A stretch of 24,598 bases of DNA from contig NW_021836210.1 of assembly GCF_006345805.1 (NCBI RefSeq), positions 1-24,598 of the forward strand. The letters run 5' to 3'. This document shows positions 9,305 to 21,183 of the stretch, piece by piece; within the stretch, counting starts at the first letter, position 1; every line of letters starts with the position of its first letter. The position numbers were made by a program, and so were the translations under genes. The notes below the pieces were generated by a model. The model made no database searches and was not told the DNA's origin. It saw nothing but the letters and a program-made list of their open reading frames with translations. This stretch comes from Octopus sinensis. Taxonomy: Eukaryota.

Positions 9305-9520
9305 TTATTTAAAAGCAGCAGAAATTGAACAAAAGCTGTTACTCGGAGTTTCACGTTCCCGTTCGTCGGACAGTTTTAACAAAACTGTCCGATGAACGGG
9401 AACGAGTAGCAGCCTTTGTTGAATTTCTGCTGCTTTTAAATAAAGCATATTACTCTACCTCTGGTATTTGAGAACTCTTTTTTCCACCTTGTTTCACGTT
9501 TATGAGTTTACTCTGGTATA
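9305..9520. mobile_element. Penelope-type terminal (pLTR) fragment with head-to-head inverted duplication
   Basis: Palindrome with arms 9305-9377 and 9381-9443 (loop aac) that carries a hammerhead motif. Inverted partial pLTRs are characteristic of PLEs. Confidence 0.65.
9336..9373 (-). ncRNA. Minimal type-I hammerhead ribozyme motif, variant core CCGACGA
   Basis: Minus strand: CUGU-CCGACGA-ACG(GGAA)CGU-GAAA-CUC(C)GAG-UA-ACAG. Stems I, II and III pair; predicted GUA cleavage triplet. Confidence 0.65.
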
Positions 9521-9631
9521 TATATATCATGGTGCTGGAAAGTACCAGCTTTGCTAGAAATAGCAGAAAAATGAACACCCAAGTTATTTAAACTTGCCTG
9601 TACGGTTCATGGATTAATTGTCACAAGTATG

Positions 9632-9702
<71 letters not shown>

Positions 9703-9921
9703 ATAATAATAATAATGTTAACAACAATAATGATAATAATAATAATAATATAATAATAATAATAATAATGATATATTTGCATGTTTATACATATATATGT
9801 GTGAGTGTGTATGCACATATGTGTGTCTGCATATATAGATATGTGTATATATGTATTTGTTTGAGTATATGTAGATGTACGTGTGTATATATGCGTGTGT
9901 CTATATGTATATGTACATGTG

Positions 9922-9956
<35 letters not shown>

Positions 9957-9996
9957 ATACAATGGGCAGATAGGTGTCCTCACCTTGTTTTTTGCT

Positions 9997-10042
9997 AGCA
10001 CTACGTTTCGGCTGATGTACTCTCCAGCCTTCATCAGGTGTT
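9997..10042 (-). ncRNA. Minimal type-I hammerhead ribozyme motif, canonical core
   Basis: Minus strand: AACAC-CUGAUGA-a-GGCUG(gagaguacau)CAGCC-GAAA-CG-UA-GUGCU. Palindromic ACGU stem III, GUA cleavage triplet. Confidence 0.8.
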
Positions 10043-10052
10043 CTGGTGGAAT

Positions 10053-10121
10053 GTATGCATGTACATGCTGGTGTACCTATGTATGTATATATGCATGTAT
10101 GTATGCATGTATGTATGTACT

Positions 10122-10155
<34 letters not shown>

Positions 10156-10220
10156 TGTATGTATGTATGTACTTATATATGTATGTATGTATTTATGTAT
10201 GTATGTATGTGCATATTTAT
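10053..10220. repeat. (ATGT)n microsatellite
   Basis: Directly visible. Confidence 0.9.
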
Positions 10221-10690
10221 GTTTCTCGAGGTTTTTCCCGAATTTATCGCTAACGGAGAAAAATCCAAATTTCTATCCTGCAAAAATGGCTCTGTCAAAT
10301 AACTTTATATATAAACTTGGGTGTTATTCCGCAGTCGGCCTCTCGGGTTTCCGAACTGGCTCCTTTCACCCTGATTGTAGATTATTTTTTTCCCTAACTT
10401 TTCTGTAACTTTGCACTCAGCAAGTTCTTTCTACTTCGTCAAGTCCGAAATTGGCCAATCAAGAAACCCAATCATCTGGATATAACTTTGCATATGATCA
10501 TCAAAACTACACCCCAAGTTCTGCCTCTCATTTGCCCCATGGAATGCAAAGAAACTATAAGTCAGGCAGCCATAATTTTCAATATTGTTGTCTAGTCATT
10601 AGCTTTGAAATGCAGCACTTCGTTGTCATCCTCAAGAAAAATCTCTCTCGTTTTTAACTGAATCACGAAACAAGTATATTTCTTCAATAA

Positions 10691-10921
10691 AGGCGGTGAA
10701 GTAGCAGAATCGTTAGCACGCCGGGCGAAATGCTTTGCAGTATTTCGTCTGCCGCTTCGTTCTGAGTTCAAATTCCGCCGAGTTCGACTTTGCCTTTCAT
10801 CCTTTCGGGGTCGATAAATTAAGTACCAGTTACCCACTGGGGTCGATGTAATCGACTTAATCCGTTTGTCTGTCCTTGTTTGTCCCCTCTGTGTTTAGCC
10901 CCTTGTGGGTAGTAAAGAAAT
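10691..10921 (+). mobile_element. Full-length family A SINE
   Basis: TSD aagtatatttcttca(a)taa at 10672-10690 and 10922-10939. Confidence 0.9.
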
Positions 10922-10941
10922 AAGTATATTTCTTCATAAAC

Positions 10942-11159
10942 TATTTCTTTACTACCCACAAGGGGCTAAACACAGAGAGGACAAACGGATTAAGTCGATT
11001 ATATCGGCACCAGTGCGTAACTGGTATTTATTTAATCGACCGCGAAAGGATGAAAGGCAAAGTCGACCTCGGCGGAATTTGAACGCAGAACGTAGCGGCA
11101 GACGAAGTACTGCTAAGCATTTCGCCCGGCGTGCTAACGTTTCTGCCAGCTCGCCGCCT
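10942..11159 (-). mobile_element. Full-length family A SINE, opposite orientation
   Basis: Perfect 17-bp TSD tatatttcttcataaac at 10925-10941 and 11160-11176. Confidence 0.9.
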
Positions 11160-11642
11160 TATATTTCTTCATAAACTTTGCGCAACGACACTTTACCAGA
11201 AACTTCACTTCCAAAACTAACGGTATAGGATCTAATCACGGGAACATACACTCACTGTATGTGAGTGTTTGTGTGTGCGTGTTTGAGATACAATTTTTGT
11301 TCTGATCTGCTTAACAATTTCTGTATTTCTGATCTTAATGCCCATCTGGACTTTTTTCTCCTTCTCTTCCGCAATTCTATCAATTAAAATATGATATTCT
11401 TCTTTTCTCATCTCTCACCCCAGTCCTAAACAAAATTACCACTTTCACACTTAACACATCCAAAATGTTAATGGAGAATAATTATAAAAAGCAATCCTGA
11501 TAATTTTTTTTTATTATTTTAATCCAATGACCACCATCATAGAACTTACAAAAAAAAAAAAAAAAAGAAACGTAAAAGAGCGTATGAACAAAGGGAAAGA
11601 ACAAGTTTGAGTGTTGAGTTAGCTTTATGTTATTACAAACAG

Positions 11643-11673
11643 ATGGTGTCTGGTTTGAAGCCAAAATGAAACC
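11643..11673 (+). CDS. Candidate 31-nt micro-exon (D)GVWFEAKMK(P)
   Basis: ttattacaaacAG| acceptor and a consensus GTAAGT donor at 11674. Only one frame is open (phase 1 to phase 2). Confidence 0.2.
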
Positions 11674-11983
11674 GTAAGTCGATCTTCGATATGAATCTGG
11701 GCAATTGACCGGCAACATTCAGCCGTGTAAGTTTTTCATTAACGGGATTGATCATTTAGCTATCTAGTTACTTCTAAAGCTGCTTTCTGGTTCTACAAAT
11801 GGCTTTAGAAGACTAAAAAAAAAAGAAGAGAAAAAACTTTTTTTGAAGACAAAATAAACTTTAAAAATCCTGCCACAACACATCCGACCATAATTACACA
11901 GATGTATACTTATATATATCCTTTTACATAAAATACTTCTAAAGATATGCACTCAGTCACAAATATCTCAACACAGTACATTT

Positions 11984-11984
<1 letters not shown>

Positions 11985-12030
<46 letters not shown>

Positions 12031-12054
12031 GCTGCTGCTTCTGCTGCTGCTACC

Positions 12055-12085
<31 letters not shown>

Positions 12086-12200
12086 ATAATAATAATAATA
12101 ATGATAATAATAATAATAATAATATAATACCACCACCACCAATACTACTATTACTACTACTACCTCTGCTGCAGTTGCTGCTGCTGCTGCTACTGCTATT
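11985..12200. repeat. Compound trinucleotide microsatellite (ACT/GCT/ACC/AAT)
   Basis: Directly visible. Confidence 0.9.
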
Positions 12201-12295
12201 GCTGCTTGTGGCTCTAACATTTTTTCGCCTTACTCTGTTTCATCTGCTGAAATAATTTATCTTTTCATTCCTTTCTCTTACAGCTACTCCACATT

Positions 12296-12676
12296 TTCAT
12301 CATCATCATCATCATCATCCTCATCGTCATCATCATCATCATCATCCTCATCGTCATCATCATCATCATCATCATCACTATCATCATCATCATCGTCTCA
12401 TCATCATAATATCATCACATCATCACTATCATCATCAACATCAATCATCATCTCATCATCAACATCATCATCATCATCAAATCATATCATTATCATCATC
12501 ATCATCACATCAACATCATCATCAGCAGCAGCAGCAGCAGCATCCTCATTATATCATCATCATCATCCTCATCATCATCATCATCCATATCATAATCATC
12601 CTCATCATCATCATCCTCATCGTCTAATCATCATCATCATCATCATCATATCATCATCATCATCAGCATCAGCAGC

Positions 12677-12709
<33 letters not shown>

Positions 12710-12837
12710 ATCCTCATCATCATCATCATCATCATCCTCATCGTCTCCATCATCATCATCATCATCACTATCATCATCATCATCGTCATCATCATCATCA
12801 TCATCATCATCAACATCATCATCACTATCATCATCAA

Positions 12838-12870
<33 letters not shown>

Positions 12871-13240
12871 CATCGTCATCCATTCATCATCATATCATCA
12901 AATCATCATATCATCGTATCATCATCATCATCATCATCATCAACATCATCATCACTATCATCATCAACATCATCATCATCATCATCATCTCACATCATCA
13001 TCATAATCAACATCATCATCATTATCATCATCATCATCATCATCAACATCATCATCAGCAGCAGCAGCAGCAGCATCATCATCATCATCATCATCATCCT
13101 CATCATCATCATCATCATCCTCATCATCATCAACATCGTCATCGTCATCATCATCATCATCATCATCATCCTCATCATCATCAACATCGTCATCGTCATC
13201 ATCATCATCATCATCATCAACATCGTCATCGTCATCATCG

Positions 13241-13276
<36 letters not shown>

Positions 13277-13277
13277 C
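12296..13277. repeat. ~1-kb degenerate (CAT/GAT)n array with internal block duplications
   Basis: Directly visible. A (CAG)n block in the same context occurs at ~12522 and ~13055. Confidence 0.92.
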
Positions 13278-13399
13278 CTCCTTTTCTTCTCGTCGATCCA
13301 TTTGTAGGTGAAGGCTCCAATACGCTCTGATTAGTTTTTGCATTCTTACGCTTGATGTCACTAGTTAACCATCCATCCATGATCCGGCATTATTCGATC

Positions 13400-13510
13400 T
13401 CGTGACACCATCCCTGTCTAGCTCCCTTCCTCGTTTTCCACTCCCTGTCCTTGTTGGCGATACCCTAACGACTTTTGTCCAACACTTCATGTCCGTTGCC
13501 TCTTTCCCAC
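13400..13510 (-). mobile_element. Possible decayed RTE-type LINE RT C-terminal fragment
   Basis: Minus strand ATDMKCWTKVVRVS, then frameshifted DR.ENEE, resembling the RTE 'A.EM.C.R....VS..DR..NEE' motif. Short and degenerate. Confidence 0.25.
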
Positions 13511-13552
13511 AACAGGATTTTCTACGTCCTTTTGTTTCACCTAATATCTTTA

Positions 13553-13882
13553 TATGTTAAAACAGAAAGAAAATACGCTACGAATCACAATGCAGGACGG
13601 CTTTGCTGTATGTACGATTTATTTTACTAATTACTTTAAGCCTCCATGCAGTCGTCTATTCACATAGTCCCCCTCTAAGCGTTCCCAACCTTGATCCGGT
13701 GCAACAGGAAGGATGTCACAGCTGAAAGAAGAGGTTTCATCAGATCTTGGTTGCTACTTTATTTTTCGAACTGAAACAATGAAATCAAAATTATTTTCGG
13801 CAGGATTTGAACGCCCTGCGTAAAGTGTCAAGGAAAATGACGCCACATAGTCAGCTCCACATTCTAACGACACTGACAATTG
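13553..13882 (-). mobile_element. Old, diverged family A-related SINE
   Basis: Minus strand has B-box GCGTTCAAATCCTGCCG and AAAATAAAGTAGCA resembling the family A core. A 14-bp direct repeat cctaatatctttat lies at 13539-13552 and 13883-13896. Confidence 0.5.
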
Positions 13883-13891
13883 CCTAATATC

Positions 13892-14149
13892 TTTATGCGC
13901 CCTTTTCAAGCCTAGCCAGGCTCATGGGCCCGGCTTCCCGGTTTCTGCAGCGTTACTCAAGAAACAGGAAGAGAGAGTGAGAGAAAGTTGGGAGCGAAAG
14001 AGTACGACAGGGGTCGCCACCGCCGGAGCCTCGGGGAGATTTGGGTGTTTTCGCTCAATAAACACACACACAACGCCCGGTCTGGGAATCGAAACCGCGA
14101 TCCTCCGACCACGAGTCATCTGCCCTAACCACTGGGCCATTGCGCCTCC
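13892..14149 (-). mobile_element. tRNA-derived SINE, family B-related
   Basis: Minus strand GGAGGCGCAATGGCCCAGTGGTTAGG...GTTTCGATTCCCAGACC... with tail GAAACCGGGAAGCCGGGCCCATGAGCC, homologous to 3220-3520. Confidence 0.85.
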
Positions 14150-14564
14150 ACCTATGTACCTGTGTGCGTGCATGTGTGTGTGTGTGTGTGCATGCGCGCG
14201 CGCTTCTGTGCGTATGCGTGTTGGTCTCTAGTGCCAAAATGTACTGTCGCCAGAACAGGGTGAATGTCCAGTTACGCGTGCCCATTGTCTGAGCCCAAAC
14301 AGTTATACCCAATCACCTCATTTCGCTATCCTAGGTTTGGGGAAGGACCATGAGTCCTGCCATCCATTCTGACTAACACGATAAATAAATCACAATGAAA
14401 AACATATTAACGACAATAACACTACACACTCCATAACAGACGAAGTGGTCACGGCTGGAGTGCTTTTGATCAAGACTCTATTCCAGATGGGTTGACATAA
14501 GGCAGGAAAACAACATCAAGAAGAAAAAATATTAGAATGATTTAGATGTTGAATAGAAGTCAAT

Positions 14565-14733
14565 GCACAGGAGTGGCTGTGTGGTAAGTAGATTGCTTAC
14601 CAGCCACATGGTTCCGGGTTCATTCCCACTGCGTGGCACCTTGGGCAATTGTCTTCCACTATAGCCTCGGGCCGACAAAGCCTTGTGAGTGGATTTGGTA
14701 GACGGAACTGAAAGAAGCCCGTCGTATATATGT

Positions 14734-14785
<52 letters not shown>

Positions 14786-15015
14786 ATGTTGTGGTGTGTG
14801 TTGGTGTGTGTGGGGTGTTTGTGTGTGTCTATGTTTGTCCCCCAACATCGCTTGACAACCGATGCTGGTATGTTTGCGTCCTCGTAACTTAGCGGTTCGA
14901 CAAAAGAGTCCCGATAGAATAAGTACTAGGCTTACAAAAAATAAGTCCTTGGGTCGATTTGCTCGACTAAAGGTGGTGCTCCAGCATGGCCGCAGTCAAT
15001 GACTGAAACAAATGA
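14565..15015 (+). mobile_element. Full-length OR/CORE-like SINE with internal (TA)n/(GT)n
   Basis: A-box, B-box, CORE-like CCTTGGGCAA and tail CCAGCATGGCCGCAGTCAATGACTGAAAC. Confidence 0.88.
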
Positions 15016-15294
15016 AATAGCTAGAGAGAGTAAAAATAAACTGAAAACTTGTTTTATCAGATATGCTTTGACATAGATTCGATCTCAGAACCTCTTTAGG
15101 TACAAACCTCGTATAATGTACGTTTTACTGCCGCATCAGTTTCCACTCCTACAAATCGTGTTATTCAGAAAAAGACATAAATACCTACTCTTTGACATCT
15201 TTCATTGTTTTGTAACTCGCAACGTTTATGTCAAACAATGCTTCTTCTACACGGTCAGTGAGATGAACGGGGAACATAGGTAGCTAGTTACTCC

Positions 15295-15831
15295 TACATA
15301 TACACATACACACACACATACACACATACACACAAACACACACATACACACAAACACACACATACACACGCGCGCACACATACACGCGTACACAAGGAGA
15401 GAAGCACCCACAAACACTTACATTAAAGTGCACACACACATACCCTCACACACAAACACATAATCATACTATATATAAATATATATACGCATACACACCT
15501 ATATATATATATACATATATAGATACATATATACACGCACATACATATATTTTTTCTATGTATGTATACATATATATATAATATATATAGTATACATGCA
15601 TATATATAATGTTATACATATATATACATATATACATATACAATATATAAAACATACATATATATACATATATATGTCTATATATATATACTTATATATT
15701 ATGCATACCTATATATATATATATATATATATATACGTTCATATATATGCATACATATATATATACATAATCAATACAGGTATTTATACATACATATAGG
15801 TATATATATAATATATATTATATATAATATA

Positions 15832-15863
<32 letters not shown>

Positions 15864-15945
15864 CATACATACATTATGATATACATACATATATATAATA
15901 TAAATTATATATGGTATGTATGTATGTATGTATGTATGTATATAT
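15295..15945. repeat. (CA)n/(TA)n microsatellite field
   Basis: Directly visible. Confidence 0.9.
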
Positions 15946-16439
15946 TGACACGGACAGCTTGATATCGAGGTAGATATACGGGTGGCCGGTTAGATGCATG
16001 GATGGCTAGATAGATGGCTAAATAGACGAATGACTTACACCACACCAGCATAGCTTTCATAAAAAACCTATTCTATTTTCATATCATGCCTCTCCTCAAG
16101 CATCCTCAGTGGAAAATAACACATTTGCCTTTCACTTTGACAGCAGAACATGTTGATACGTTGTCAGAAATTCAAATATGAGAAGGATAAGAATCGCCAA
16201 AACGGATACTGACACGAGCGCTGAAGACACGCCTCAGATCGCACGCACACACACGCATACACACACACACATGCACACATATACACGCACGCATGGACAA
16301 AGCGATGGACCTTCCTAAGTGTAAACGAATGTAAGCGTCCACTGAAAAACCTGAGCAATGCTTACAAATAAGACGATCATGTGATTATTAAAGTGTATCC
16401 CATACTGAAATTTTTGATGTACGACTGCAATATATCATT

Positions 16440-17388
16440 ATATATGTATGTATGTATGTTATATGATGTATGTCATGTATGCATGTATGTATGTATGTAT
16501 GTATGTATGTAGTATGTATGTATGTTATGTATGTATGTATGTATGTATGTGTGTAGTATGTATGTTTGTATGTATGTATGTAATGTATGTATGTAATGTA
16601 TGTATGTAGGTATTTATGTATGTATGTATGTAATGCAGGTATGTATTTATGTATGTATGCATGTATGTATTTATGTATGTATGTAATGTAATGTATTATG
16701 TTATGCATCATGCATGCAATGTAATGTATGTATATGTATGTATGTATGTATGTATGTAATGTATGTATGGTAGTATGTATGTATGTATGTATGTGTGTAA
16801 TGTATGTATGTATGTGTGTATGTATGTAGTTTGTATTATATTAATGTATGTATGTATGTGCTAGTATTATGTATGTATGTATGTATGTATGCATGTATAT
16901 TTAATGTATGTATGTATGTATGTATGTATGCATGCATGCATGCATGTATGTATGTATATATGTATGTATGTACGCATATATGTATGTATATGTATGTAGG
17001 TGTGAGGAAAATGTGTATAGATATCTAGTTTTAACTATGTATCTATGTATGTATGTATGCCTGCATATATGTATGTATGCATGTATGTATGTATTATGTA
17101 TGTAGGTGTATATACATGTACGCATATATGAGTGTATGTATGTATGCCTGCATAAATGTATGTATATATGTATGTATGTATTTATGTATGTATGTATGTA
17201 CGTAGGTGTATATGTATGTACGCGTATATGTGTGTATGTATATGTATGTAAGTATGTATGTATGTATGGTGTGTGTATGTATGTATGTATGTATGTGTGT
17301 ATTTCCATATATAGTATTTCGAAACGCGCACACACAAAATACATAAATATCCACACACAAGTGTACCCATACACGTAGACACGGGCAT

Positions 17389-17454
<66 letters not shown>

Positions 17455-17490
17455 CATACACACATTCACACACACACACACACACACATG
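16440..17490. repeat. Degenerate (ATGT)n array followed by (CA)n
   Basis: Directly visible. Confidence 0.9.
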
Positions 17491-17852
17491 GATGTATATG
17501 CATTTCAATTATGCATTTCCTTGCACGAAAGCTAACCTGATGTAAGTCTTCTACCCATCCATCCATCCATCAACTCGCTCAACATTCTGCAAAGCTTGAT
17601 AACATCGGACAGAATGCATTGCCGTATTTTTTCCGGATCACTATTATATGAGCATATACTTCTTCGATCACTTTGCCATCCTCTCTTTCGGTGTCCATAA
17701 ATAAAGTACCACTTCAGGCCCGATATTGTTAGTGCAACGGACGTGATGGTTTGCGTACTATGTCCCTGTTTTCTGCGTTCAAATCTTACCTGCCACCAGC
17801 ATGATAACAATTCCTTCGAGACCAAGCAAACATGGCAATAGCCTTGGGACAA

Positions 17853-17930
17853 GCTGGCAGAAACGTTAGTACGCCGGGCGAAATGCGTAGCCGTATTTCG
17901 TCTGCTGTTACGTTCTAAGTTCAAATTCCG
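17853..17930 (+). mobile_element. 3'-truncated family A SINE head
   Basis: GCTGGCAGAAACGTTAGTACGCCGGGCG...TTCAAATTCCG, then unrelated sequence. Possible TSD cttggg(a/t)caag at 17843-17853 and 17955-17965. Confidence 0.8.
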
Positions 17931-18437
17931 TTATCTTTAGTACCTTGGGTCCATCTTGGGTCAAGAAACTGTCATATACGGCGGTAAATTTCGAATTGCG
18001 TTCCTTTGTTACAAATGCGCTATATTGTTTCAATGTCTGATATCATTATCAATACTGTTTTACAGTGTCCCTCTTTTATTACGATGGTAAAGTCTGATTT
18101 GACGAAGATGCGACTACTGTTTTTAGTAGATGGTGTAATCTCATCCAGTCATTCTTGGGTGGGTGAGGCTTGGCTAGAAGATCAAAAATGGACGTCAATT
18201 TTGCTGATGCTGTTTCTATACACTTTTGTGTGGTGTATACACAGATAATTATGCAATTTTTTTTTATCTGTGTTTCAATTTGTGGTTTATAATCTTATTA
18301 AACACGCAAAAATATATTCATACATACGAATAGATAAATACACATACGCAGGCAAACGCTGTACATGTGTGATGACACAGTTGTCCGTACCTCCTACCAC
18401 GACCATTCCTCCTTACACACACCACATATATACATAC

Positions 18438-18491
<54 letters not shown>

Positions 18492-19513
18492 TATATATAT
18501 AATACACATATATGTGTGTGTTCTTATGTACGTACGCAGAGGAATATTTCTATACATGTGTATGGGTTGTATAGCTGCACATCATCATTAGGGATATATA
18601 GATTAGTATGCGTACGCGTGTGTCTTTGTAGAATGTATTATCCGTGAGTGTGCTTTTCAAATTGCTTCTCCTCGATCTTGTTCTCTCCCTTCTCTTATCC
18701 CCATATTTCCACCACCACCACCACCACCACCACCACCACCATCATCACCACCACCATCACCGCCACGACCCATGTCTACCACAGTGATCAGATCAAATAA
18801 TCTAAACGCTATTTGCCCCCAAGAGCTCAAACTAATCTCTGGCCAGCCATCATATCCTCTTAAAACGTTCTCTTGATGCTTTCTGTTGATTTGTCTGAAG
18901 TCCAGTGCAAGGATCGCCCTGCACTTTTGCTGGATAACTTAGCTGTCAACAATCCGAGAAATAATTGGACTCCAACATTGTGTCATCTTTGACAAACATT
19001 CGAGTCTAATTCACATTTTCTTTCGGCAAGCGGTATATTGATTGTCGTTCTTCTTGGCAGCTTCCTCTTATTTTCAATTTTCCTTTTTGTTTTTATAAGA
19101 CAAAAGCAGGTCTTTCCACAGCTTTTAGTCGGTTCCAAAGACGACGATGTTTTCAGCTCTTAGTATTAAAACCGTATTACATTTGATAAAGGAGCGGGTT
19201 AGTGTTATCTTAAAACTGAACCAACTCTACGAAATGTACGTAAGTCTGATAGAAATACTTTTGCATGTACACTTATATCTTTACGTTCTTATGTATGTGT
19301 TTGTGTAAGAGAGAGTGTGCGGTTTTGTTGTAGACAGATTTAAATGTGCTTCTAAAATGTTTCTGCTTTAAAATTAGAAATATACACGTCGCTGCCGATA
19401 GGAAAGTTTGACACGAAATTACACAATATTTTACTGACAAGAGTTAAAAGTTCACTAGTTTTCACTATTCAAAGATACAGAACGTTATACAAAATATCAA
19501 ATATAAAAATATC

Positions 19514-19660
19514 GCCAGTGGTGCTAAGTGGTTAATAAGCTCGCTTCGCAATCATGAAGCCTCGGGTTCGATTCCACTGTATTTGTTTTGTATAATTCAC
19601 TTTAACATAGCCTCCGATCGATCCAAGGCTTGTTAGCAAGAGTGTGTAAATGGAAATACA
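19514..19660 (+). mobile_element. Old diverged OR/CORE-like SINE 5' part
   Basis: GCTAAGTGGTTAATAAGCTCGCTTCGCAATCATG...CGGGTTCGATTCCACTG aligns by eye to the head at 14565. Confidence 0.55.
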
Positions 19661-19735
19661 ATTTCCATCAAATGGATTTTTACTTGTAATTTCGAGGTTC
19701 ATATCAAAAGATAGAGCTGGAGTGATATGAACCGA

Positions 19736-20126
19736 CTTTTACTCGTTTCAGTCATTTGACTGTGGCCATGCTGGAGCACCGCCTTTAGTCGAGCAAATGG
19801 ACCTCAGGACTAATTCTAACGGTCTCTTTTGCCAAACCGCTAAGTTACAGGGACGTAAATACACCGGCATCAGTTGTCAACCGATGTTTGGGGACAAACA
19901 CTATATATATGTGTGTGTGTGTGTGTGTGTATGTATTTCTTTTGTGTGTGTATGCATACATACGACGGGCTTCTTTAAGTCTCCGTCTACCAAATCTACT
20001 CACAAGGCTTTGGTCGACCCGGGCCTATAGTAGAAGACACTTGCCCAAAATGCCACGCAGTGGGACTGAACCCAGAACCATGTGGTTGGTAAGTAAGCTA
20101 CTTACCACACAGCCACTCCTACGCCT
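19736..20126 (-). mobile_element. Full-length OR/CORE-like SINE
   Basis: Reverse-complement homolog of 14565-15015. Confidence 0.88.
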
Positions 20127-20164
20127 ATAAAGTATTTAGACGTTAATACGAGTGATTATATATA

Positions 20165-20404
20165 CTGTATTTTGAAATAATAGCATGAAATTCAATGTCA
20201 AAAAAATTCCTCACGAAGATATTATAATGACAATATTTTCGTGAAACTATCGTAAGATGCATTAATTAACAAATTTTTAAGCTGTCATGTTTCATATATT
20301 TATATATATATATCTTTAATACAATACTATTTCAGACATATATATGTTCGTGAGGAATTTTTTTTTTTTTGTATTGAATTTCATGCCATTATTTCAAAAT
20401 ACAC
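20165..20404. mobile_element. MITE-like element with ~55-bp terminal inverted repeats flanked by TA
   Basis: Left arm 20165-20217 (ctgtattttgaaataatagcatgaaattcaat...ttcctcacgaa) and right arm 20347-20404 are reverse complements. TA on both sides suggests Tc1/mariner-type mobilisation. Confidence 0.65.
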
Positions 20405-20589
20405 TATATTTACATAAATAGATACAGAGTTGTGTTTCGTTCCGGTATATTATTATTCACAATATTAATTGACCATCGACGTATTCCTACCTCTAGTTCT
20501 AGAGAGATTTGTCTCCGGCTATTTAAGTCTCGTGCATTATAGGTGCAAAGCCAATGGTCACTCTCTCACCAGCCATAACAAACAATATT

Positions 20590-20592
20590 CTA

Positions 20593-20625
<33 letters not shown>

Positions 20626-21149
20626 CGTTTGTGTGCGTGTGTATTTTCATATATATGTACATGATTAACTATGAGTGAATGTATGTGCGTGTATATATAT
20701 GTATATATGTATATATAAATATATATATGTATATATAAATAAATATATGTATAATATATATATATATATATATATAATAAAATAGGGTAATAGTAAATTA
20801 TTATTACCAGTGGCCTAGCACAAAAAAGGAGTCATTAGACTATATATTATTCATATAGAAATAAAATAAGAGGCTTCCTATATATATATATATGTGTATG
20901 TATGTATGTATATATACATATACATGTGTATATATATATATGTATGTATGTAGATATATACGTTAACATATATGTATATGTCTTAGCGTTAGTGTGTGTG
21001 GGTATGTAATTATATACGAATGTATGTATGTGTGTATGTATGTATTATGTATGTATGTATGTGTGTATGTATGTATGTATGTATGTGTGTATGTATGTAT
21101 GTATATATGTATGTATGTAGGTATGTATGTATGTATAAATGTATGTATG

Positions 21150-21183
<34 letters not shown>

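Noticed and set aside
10450-10472. Cluster of three CCAAT/ATTGG boxes
   Set aside because: Short motifs with no other promoter evidence; they could arise by chance or lie within an unrecognised repeat.
15205-15260. Hairpin with UAGAAGA on the minus strand as a decayed hammerhead
   Set aside because: GAAA is absent, stem I does not pair and the core is degenerate.
19100-19239. Exon-like segment between a strong acceptor and a GTAAGT donor
   Set aside because: Stops occur in all three frames; it could only be a non-coding exon and nothing else supports it.
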